Virus record (IMG/VR): IMGVR_UViG_3300010153_004489
Location: 1-42,964 of that record
Reading direction: 5' to 3' (one strand)
Length of the DNA: 42,964 bases
Source of the DNA: a virus
Lineage: Duplodnaviria > Caudoviricetes
The translations under genes and the position numbers were made by a program. The notes below the pieces were generated by a model that saw only the letters and a list, made by a program, of their open reading frames with translations, had not been told where the DNA came from and made no database searches. How positions within the stretch are numbered: the stretch's first letter is position 1; every line of letters begins with the position of its first letter. Below, one piece after another: positions 36,755-42,964 of the stretch.

Positions 36755-37571
36755 GCTTTGCCAAAACCATAATGGAGATAGAGCTATTCTTGAGTCTATG
36801 ATAGAATATGCTGCTTGTGATAGTGATATACTAAAAATACAATCAATCAAAGCAGATACGCTTTCTAAGAGAGAAGAGTATGAGAACTTTAGACCATATA
36901 AAGAAGAGTATAAAAGGTTAAAAGGAATTGAACTATCATGGGAAGATGAAAAGTTTTTTATTGATAAATGTAAAGAACATGATGTAGAATCTATGACTAC
37001 GTTATTTACACCTAATCATACAGAATACTTTAATTCTTTAGGGTACGATAATTTAAAACTATCTGGGTATTCTATCCCAGCATTTGATTATGGTAAAAAG
37101 TTAAAAGATTTAAACTTCAAAACTCTTTTCTTTTCGGCATCAAGTTTAACTTTAAAAGAAATTGGTAAAACAATAGCTAATCTAAAAAAAATGGATATAG
37201 ATTTTTATCTTTTAGGATGTACATGCGTGTACCCTACTCCCTTAGAAAAAGCTAATCTACAAAATATAGATTTTTATAAATTCTACTTTGCCTTAGATAA
37301 GATTGGATATAGTGATCATTCTAATCCTCATGAAGATAATTTACTTACTGCTAAACTAGCTATATTTCAAGGTATAGATGTATTAGAAAGGCATTTTACA
37401 GTCTTAGAAATAGATGAAACTAGAGATGGAAAAGTTTCAATGACCCCTTCAATGTTATCTGAGTTAAGAAGGTTTAGTAATTTAACTATTTCTGAGCAAT
37501 ATGAAGAACTTAATGAGTTTAACGAACAGCAAATTTTTAACCATAAATACTATAGAGGAAGATTCGAATGA
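36738..37571 (+). CDS. neuB: N-acetylneuraminate/nonulosonate synthase (NeuB family) without C-terminal SAF domain
   Basis: ISELCQNHNGD, KIQ, C.C.YPTP...ANL, IGYSDHS and LERHFT. Confidence 0.88.
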   Translation: MKIISELCQNHNGDRAILESMIEYAACDSDILKIQSIKADTLSKREEYENFRPYKEEYKRLKGIELSWEDEKFFIDKCKEHDVESMTTLFTPNHTEYFNSLGYDNLKLSGYSIPAFDYGKKLKDLNFKTLFFSASSLTLKEIGKTIANLKKMDIDFYLLGCTCVYPTPLEKANLQNIDFYKFYFALDKIGYSDHSNPHEDNLLTAKLAIFQGIDVLERHFTVLEIDETRDGKVSMTPSMLSELRRFSNLTISEQYEELNEFNEQQIFNHKYYRGRFE

Positions 37572-38344
37572 TTTTACTATGCAACGGAGATAGCTGGACT
37601 GGAGGAGTTGCTCCATCCCAAGATTATAATTTAGATAATACTAAGACTTTAGATTGGTATGATATAATACCTAATTTTGGCTTTGCGCACAAGATTGATA
37701 AACCTAGGTCTAAAAGTAACTATAAGTATTACGATTCCTCTGTGTGGCCTAAAGTACTAGGTAAAAATTTAAACTTAGAAACTTGGAATGCTGGTAGAGC
37801 TGGAACAGGTAATCAAAGCATAGCATCCAGAACCATTACCAGTGTAGAGTATTTAAAGAAACTAGGTAAAAAAGATATTTTTGTAGTAGTATGCTGGTCT
37901 AGTAAGTATAGAGTTCATATATTAGAATATAGTCCTAAATTGAAAAAGTACGGTCCACATAATGTTAGACCCCAATATCAAGATGGTCATGCTTTTAAAG
38001 TACTAAATAAAGAGATTAACGAACATATATTTGTAAATGATTGGATAGAAAATATACTTTTACTACAAAATTATTTAAAAGTAAATAATATAAAATACTT
38101 ATTTTTTAATGCATTTGATCATCCTGTTATTACTAAAGATAATACTCTTGGTCACTTAATTGATAATAAAGACTGGGTAAATAATACTATAGAAGAAAGT
38201 CATTTCAAAAATTTTATATCTAATAAATATAACACCTCATGGGATACTGATAATAAGTACTTTACACTCAGTCATCCTCAAGACATATCACATAAAGCTT
38301 GGGGTGAATACTTAGTTGATTATATAGTAAAAAGTAAACTATGA
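37568..38344 (+). CDS. SGNH/GDSL-like protein
   Basis: LCNGDSWTGG, WP..L, G.GN and SHPQ..SHKAW. Confidence 0.72.
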   Translation: MILLCNGDSWTGGVAPSQDYNLDNTKTLDWYDIIPNFGFAHKIDKPRSKSNYKYYDSSVWPKVLGKNLNLETWNAGRAGTGNQSIASRTITSVEYLKKLGKKDIFVVVCWSSKYRVHILEYSPKLKKYGPHNVRPQYQDGHAFKVLNKEINEHIFVNDWIENILLLQNYLKVNNIKYLFFNAFDHPVITKDNTLGHLIDNKDWVNNTIEESHFKNFISNKYNTSWDTDNKYFTLSHPQDISHKAWGEYLVDYIVKSKL

Positions 38345-39720
38345 AAAAAGTAATAAATTTAATTATATTTGATTTAGATGGAGTTTTAGTAGAAGCTAAA
38401 AATTTACATTTCCAAGCTTTAAATGAAGCACTATCCGAGATAAACCCGGGGTACAAAATAGATTGGAGTGAACACTTAAATAAGTACGATGGGTTAAAGA
38501 CCTATCAAAAATTAAATCTTCTTTCAGAAGAAAAAGGTTTACCTAAAGAAGTACATAATAAAGTATGGGAAAGAAAACAACATCTTACCCTCAGTAAATT
38601 AAGTACTTTAGAAGAAAACAAAGATTTGATAGAAACTTTTGTACAGTTATATAATGAAGGTTATAAATTAGCAGTTTGTTCTAACTCTATTAGAAGAACA
38701 TGTTTAACGGTATTATCAAAATTAGGACTAATAGAATATTTAGATTTAATTATATCTAATGAAGATGTAAAAAATAGCAAACCGCATCCTGAAATGTATT
38801 GGAAGGCAATATCTATGATGAGCTGTCTACCCGAGGAAACATTAATTATAGAAGATTCACCATATGGGTTATTAGCAGCAGCCCGCTCTAAGTCTTATAT
38901 ATTACGAGTTAAAAATCCTACAGAAGTTACATACAGTAGTGTAAATAAAAAATTAAATGAAATAAACATGGGAAAACAACAAGTTACACCAGCATGGAGA
39001 GATCAAAACTTAAACGTTCTTATTCCTATGGCTGGAGCAGGTAGTAGATTTGAACAAGCAGGGTATACATTTCCTAAACCTTTAATAGATGTAAAAGGAA
39101 GACCTATGATTCAAGTAGTAACTGATAATTTAAATATAAAAGCTAACTATATTTACGTAGTTCAAAAAGAACATAGAAAAAAATATAATTTAGATACTCT
39201 ACTAAACCTTATAACACCGGGGTGTAAAATAGTAGAAACAGAAGGAGTAACTGAAGGTGCAGCATGTACTGCATTATTAGCTAAAGATTATATAAATAAT
39301 AATGATCCACTATTCTTTGCCAACTCAGATCAGTTTGTAGAATGGGACTCTAATGAGTTTTTATATAAAATGAATGAAACTGAAGCAGATGGAGGTATGG
39401 TAACATTTAAAGCTACTCATCCTAAATGGTCATTTGCTAAATTAAATGATGAAGGCCTGGTAACTGAAGTAGCAGAAAAAAATCCTATATCAGATATTGC
39501 TACTGTTGGGTATTACTACTGGAAAAACGGCTCTGATTTTGTTAAATATGCTGAACAAATGATCAATAATAATATAAGAGTTAATAATGAGTTTTATGTA
39601 TGCCCAGTATTTAACGAAGCTATAAAAGATAATAAAAAAATAAGAACTTATAATATTGAAAAGATGTGGGGGTTAGGTACTCCTGAAGATTTAAAGTATT
39701 ATATAGAAAATTATAAATGA
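38341..39720 (+). CDS. Fusion of HAD phosphatase (beta-PGM-like) and sugar-phosphate nucleotidyltransferase-like domain
   Basis: FDLDGVL, CSNS, KPHPE, IEDS..G; then IPMAGAGSRF..PKPLI, EGAACT, NSDQ, NNEFYVCPVFN, GLGTPEDL. Confidence 0.88.
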   Translation: MKKVINLIIFDLDGVLVEAKNLHFQALNEALSEINPGYKIDWSEHLNKYDGLKTYQKLNLLSEEKGLPKEVHNKVWERKQHLTLSKLSTLEENKDLIETFVQLYNEGYKLAVCSNSIRRTCLTVLSKLGLIEYLDLIISNEDVKNSKPHPEMYWKAISMMSCLPEETLIIEDSPYGLLAAARSKSYILRVKNPTEVTYSSVNKKLNEINMGKQQVTPAWRDQNLNVLIPMAGAGSRFEQAGYTFPKPLIDVKGRPMIQVVTDNLNIKANYIYVVQKEHRKKYNLDTLLNLITPGCKIVETEGVTEGAACTALLAKDYINNNDPLFFANSDQFVEWDSNEFLYKMNETEADGGMVTFKATHPKWSFAKLNDEGLVTEVAEKNPISDIATVGYYYWKNGSDFVKYAEQMINNNIRVNNEFYVCPVFNEAIKDNKKIRTYNIEKMWGLGTPEDLKYYIENYK

Positions 39721-40163
39721 TACTAATATCACATAGAGGAAATATTGACGGACCAAATCCTGAAAATGAAAATAAACCTTCTTATATATTTGACGCTATA
39801 GTTAAAGGATATGAGGTTGAAGTTGATTTTTGGTTTTCTAATAATAAATTTTACTTAGGTCATGATAAACCTCAGTATGGTATACCTATAGAATGGCTAG
39901 AAAATAACTATAGAAAATTATGGATACATTGTAAAAATGTAGATGCTATAAATAAATTACATGAATTAGATAGAGGAGGTTTTTATTTAAATTATTTTTG
40001 GCACGAAAATGATAAAGTAACCTTAACATCACAAGGGTACCTTTGGGCTTACCCAGGTGTAGACTGTCCTAATGGAATATCTGTTATGCCAGAATTAGCA
40101 AAAGATTTTAAACTTAAAAATGTACTAGGTATTTGTAGTGATTATATTATAAATTATGAATAA
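39717..40163 (+). CDS. Minimal glycerophosphodiester phosphodiesterase (GDPD)-like protein
   Basis: LISHRGN, EN, EVEVD, LGHD, WIHCKN and GICSD. Confidence 0.7.
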   Translation: MILISHRGNIDGPNPENENKPSYIFDAIVKGYEVEVDFWFSNNKFYLGHDKPQYGIPIEWLENNYRKLWIHCKNVDAINKLHELDRGGFYLNYFWHENDKVTLTSQGYLWAYPGVDCPNGISVMPELAKDFKLKNVLGICSDYIINYE

Positions 40164-40404
40164 AATAAAATTAAAAAAAGAGCATTTATTAGAGGTAGAA
40201 GAACTATCTAAAATGAGAGCTAATCTTAAGAATGAATTAGCATCTGTACAAGCTACTGAAATAGAATTAGAAAATTCAAAAGACGTTGCACGGGTTAATT
40301 ATAATAAGGTTAAAGCCTATGAAATAGAATTAGGTAAAAAATTAACCAATATATACGGTAACGGACGAATGAATTTAGATACTAAAGAATTTATTTCAGA
40401 ATAG
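40156..40404 (+). CDS. Small coiled-coil hypothetical protein
   Basis: 82-aa heptad-rich ORF ending YGNGRMNLDTKEF. Confidence 0.65.
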   Translation: MNKIKLKKEHLLEVEELSKMRANLKNELASVQATEIELENSKDVARVNYNKVKAYEIELGKKLTNIYGNGRMNLDTKEFISE

Positions 40405-40428
40405 TATAATTTTCACCTATCTTCTGTA

Positions 40429-40493
40429 TATTTATATATGTGAATAAAGACCATTATATTTAAAATGGTTTCGATTTTCCTTATATATTTATA
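40429..40493 (+). promoter_or_regulatory. Two TATTTATA motifs (40429-40436, 40486-40493) upstream of the tail sheath gene
   Basis: Recurring octamer present twice in a 116-nt intergenic gap. Confidence 0.55.
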
Positions 40494-40520
40494 ATAGACG
40501 AAATATAAACTTAACCGAAC

Positions 40521-42284
40521 ATGGCAGAAACAATTATCTCCCCAGGTGTTTTTCAAAGAGAAAACGATATCTCTTTTATTAACCCAGCACCAGTTGAAGT
40601 AGGAGCGGCAATACTTGGACCAACCGTAAAGGGACCTGTTGAGATTCCTACGGCTGTAACTTCTTATAACCAATACGTAAGACTATTTGGTGATACATTT
40701 GACAATGGATCAGCAAAAGATGAATATTTAACTTCTATGGCTGTTAAAAGTTACTTTAGCCAAGGAGGTGATACAGTATTAATTACAAGAATAGTATCAG
40801 CATCCAATACATGGACAAATGCTGCAAATACTCACATTTCATCATCTAAGAATGCAAGTGTACAACCATTCACTTTAGCATCATTAGGAAAAGGAAAAAT
40901 ATACAATGCAGGTACAGGATCTGGCGATGCATTAAATCCAAAAGCAAACTATGTAAATTCTGATAATTCATTAGTTAGCGGATCAAAAGATAACCTTAGA
41001 TGGGAAATTACAAATAAAAACGAAACTAAAGGTACATTTACTCTTTCAATTAGAAGAGGTAATGATAGCCACAATAACAAAGTAGTATTAGAAACATTTA
41101 ATAATATTTCATTAGATCCTAATAGTGAAAATTATATAGAGAAAGTAGTTGGTACTCAGAATTCAGCAATATCTGCTGACGCTACTCAAGTTACTACTAC
41201 AGGTGATTATGTTAATAAATCAAATTTTGTTAGAATATCAGCAGTAAATAGTAAGACATTAAATTACTTATCAACAGATGGTACAACAGTACAGTCATCT
41301 TCTGCTGGAGTAGGATTTAAAGATTTACTTCCAATAGCTACTTCAGGATCATTTTATAATGCAGTTGGTCTAACAGCAATTGCATCAGCATCGTTAAACT
41401 TATATCAAAATATAAGTACAGCGACTCAAGGTCTTGTAGCAACTGATTATAATAACGTAATTACTTTATTAGGTAATAAAGACGATTATAAATTTAATGT
41501 AATATCTACACCAGGTTTATTTAAAAATAACCACTCAACACAAGTCGATAATGTTATATCATTAGCAGAGAGCAGAGGAGACTGTATCGCAGTAGTAGAT
41601 TTATATCCTCACGGAGCTTCAGTATCAAACGTAACAGGACAAGCAGATGTATTAAATTCATCTTATGCAGCAGCATACTGGCCTTGGTTACAGACTCAAT
41701 CAGGTACTGGTAAGAACGTATTCGTTCCAGCATCAGTATTTATCCCAGGAGTATATGCATTTACAGATGGAGCAGCAGCACCATGGTTTGCACCTGCAGG
41801 ATTAGTAAGAGGAGGAATTGTTGGAGTAATTCAAGCAGAAAGAAAGCTTTCTAGATCTCAAAGAGATACATTATATGACGCTAAAGTAAACCCAATAGCT
41901 ACTTTCCCTGGATCAGGTATAGCAGTATTTGGTCAAAAGACTTTACAGACTAAAGCATCAGCTTTAGATAGAGTAAACGTTAGAAGGCTATTAATCGAGC
42001 TTAAAGAGTTTATTGGTAATCAAGCTCAAAATTTAGTATTTGAACAAAATACTATAGCAACAAGAAATAAATTCTTAGCAGCTGTTAATCCATTCTTAGA
42101 CTCAGTAGTACAGAGACAAGGTCTTTACGCTTTTAAAGTTGTAATGGATGATTCAAACAATACTGCTGACGTAGTAGATAGAAACCAGTTAGTAGGTCAG
42201 ATATTTATCCAACCAGCTAAAACAGCAGAATTTATAGTACTAGACTTTACAGTAGAACCTACAGGAGCTACTTTTGGTCAATAA
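40521..42284 (+). CDS. gp18: Tail sheath protein (T4 gp18-like)
   Basis: SPGVFQRE.D, GPTVKGP, YWPW, PWFAPAG..RG, VNPI, FGQKT, DRVNVRRL, and IFIQPAKTAEFI.LDF. Confidence 0.95.
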   Translation: MAETIISPGVFQRENDISFINPAPVEVGAAILGPTVKGPVEIPTAVTSYNQYVRLFGDTFDNGSAKDEYLTSMAVKSYFSQGGDTVLITRIVSASNTWTNAANTHISSSKNASVQPFTLASLGKGKIYNAGTGSGDALNPKANYVNSDNSLVSGSKDNLRWEITNKNETKGTFTLSIRRGNDSHNNKVVLETFNNISLDPNSENYIEKVVGTQNSAISADATQVTTTGDYVNKSNFVRISAVNSKTLNYLSTDGTTVQSSSAGVGFKDLLPIATSGSFYNAVGLTAIASASLNLYQNISTATQGLVATDYNNVITLLGNKDDYKFNVISTPGLFKNNHSTQVDNVISLAESRGDCIAVVDLYPHGASVSNVTGQADVLNSSYAAAYWPWLQTQSGTGKNVFVPASVFIPGVYAFTDGAAAPWFAPAGLVRGGIVGVIQAERKLSRSQRDTLYDAKVNPIATFPGSGIAVFGQKTLQTKASALDRVNVRRLLIELKEFIGNQAQNLVFEQNTIATRNKFLAAVNPFLDSVVQRQGLYAFKVVMDDSNNTADVVDRNQLVGQIFIQPAKTAEFIVLDFTVEPTGATFGQ

Positions 42285-42299
42285 TTTAAAGAATATAGA

Positions 42300-42307
42300 T
42301 ATTTATA
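42300..42307 (+). promoter_or_regulatory. Putative late promoter motif TATTTATA upstream of the tail tube gene
   Basis: Recurring octamer ending 13 nt before the ATG. Confidence 0.55.
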
Positions 42308-42320
42308 ATAAATAAAGAAC

Positions 42321-42806
42321 ATGGCAATACTAGACGCAAACGATATAATGTTTAGAGCTTTTGAACCAAAGGTTCAGAATAGATTTGTATTAAACATTGA
42401 TACTATCCCAGCCTTTATGGTGAAGAACGTAAAAGCTCCAACTTTTACAGATAATGTAGTAAAGCTTGACCATATTAACTCTTATAGAAAAATTAGAGGA
42501 AAAAGAGAGTGGGATGATATAACAATGGTATTATATGATCCAATTACTCCTTCTGGAGCTCAACATGTAATGGAGTGGGCTAGACTTTCTTATGAGTCAG
42601 TAACTGGTAGAGCAGGTTATTCTGATTTTTACAAAAAAGATTTAACTCTTAATGTCTTAGGACCAGTAGGTGATATAATTGGAGAGTGGGTAATCAAAGG
42701 AGCATTTTTAACAAATGGAGACTTTGGTCAATACGATTGGGCATCTGATGAAGTAGTTGATTTATCAATTACAGTAGCAATGGATTATTGTATACTAAAT
42801 TACTAA
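42321..42806 (+). CDS. gp19: Tail tube protein (T4 gp19-like)
   Basis: EPK.QNRF, W.DIT..LYD, MEW, YKKD, and W...GAF; directly after the sheath gene. Confidence 0.9.
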   Translation: MAILDANDIMFRAFEPKVQNRFVLNIDTIPAFMVKNVKAPTFTDNVVKLDHINSYRKIRGKREWDDITMVLYDPITPSGAQHVMEWARLSYESVTGRAGYSDFYKKDLTLNVLGPVGDIIGEWVIKGAFLTNGDFGQYDWASDEVVDLSITVAMDYCILNY

Positions 42807-42829
42807 GAATAACACATACATTTTAAATT

Positions 42830-42853
42830 AACCCAGCAAGTCTGGGTTTTTTT
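42830..42853 (+). terminator. Rho-independent terminator after the tail tube gene
   Basis: AACCCAG-CAAGT-CTGGGTT hairpin followed by a T tract. Confidence 0.85.
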
Positions 42854-42926
42854 ATGTAAAATAGTTGTTTTCAAAATATTTTTTCACTATATTTATTATA
42901 GAACAGGTTTTAACTAAATAAAATTT

Positions 42927-42964
42927 ATGGAATCAAAGTTTAAAATCCCTACAGAAACGGTAGA
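42927..42964 (+). CDS. Start of a gene cut by the window end (MESKFKIPTETV...), possibly a baseplate hub/tail assembly protein
   Basis: ATG follows a TATTTATT variant motif (42890-42897); only 12 codons are visible, so the function is guessed from position. Confidence 0.45.
   Translation, partial: MESKFKIPTETV

Noticed and set aside
12726-40163. Island as bacterial contamination or a chimeric join to a host LPS/capsule locus
   Set aside because: It is continuous and co-oriented with phage genes on both sides, lacks membrane and export genes, and has phage-like compact overlaps. Read coverage would still be worth checking.
12726-40163. Island as a DNA hypermodification cluster
   Set aside because: No recognisable thymidylate synthase/hydroxymethylase, nucleotide kinase, DNA glucosyltransferase or deazaguanine genes, and the context is structural rather than replicative. 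Disfavoured but not excluded.
4152-40673. Short minus-strand ORFs in the track (4152, 7346, 8113, 11964, 15193, 25156, 28211, 29822, 30074, 31587, 38268, 40413)
   Set aside because: All lie antisense to well-supported + strand genes and have no recognisable motifs; they are shadow ORFs.
1-42964. Alternative genetic code (stop-codon reassignment), as in some large phages
   Set aside because: Standard code gives dense, full-length genes, and TAA, TAG and TGA all occur at sensible gene ends.
1-42964. tRNA, rRNA, CRISPR array, integrase/transposase, homing endonuclease or intein
   Set aside because: None recognised; intergenic gaps are short and explained by terminators, promoter motifs and leaders.

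Overview
The window is part of a large, AT-rich T4-like (contractile-tailed) phage genome. All credible genes are on the + strand. Head module (1-4 kb): a truncated head-associated protein, gp21-like prohead protease, acidic scaffold, and a gp23-like major capsid gene broken by a 1-nt frameshift. Neck and fibre module (4.4-12.7 kb): neck/tail-terminator genes and Ser/Thr/Gly-rich fibre-like genes. Glycan island (12.7-40.2 kb, ~27.5 kb): about 30 tightly overlapping genes, including two GT7-LamG fusions, other glycosyltransferase-like proteins, UDP-sugar dehydrogenase, an exostosin-like protein, a sulfotransferase, NeuA/NeuB-like enzymes, nucleotidyltransferases, HAD phosphatases, methyltransferases, radical SAM enzymes and SGNH-like proteins. 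Tail sheath and tail tube genes close the window. Intergenic regions repeatedly carry a TATTTATA motif, often just after an intrinsic terminator. The main hypothesis is a phage-encoded virion glycosylation system: outward-facing virion proteins are full of an [S/T]-[G/A/S]-S tripeptide that may be the acceptor site, and the fibre plus glycan operon begins with a compact GC-rich RNA element laid out like a c-di-GMP-II riboswitch core. All calls come from reading motifs by eye; no database searches were run.
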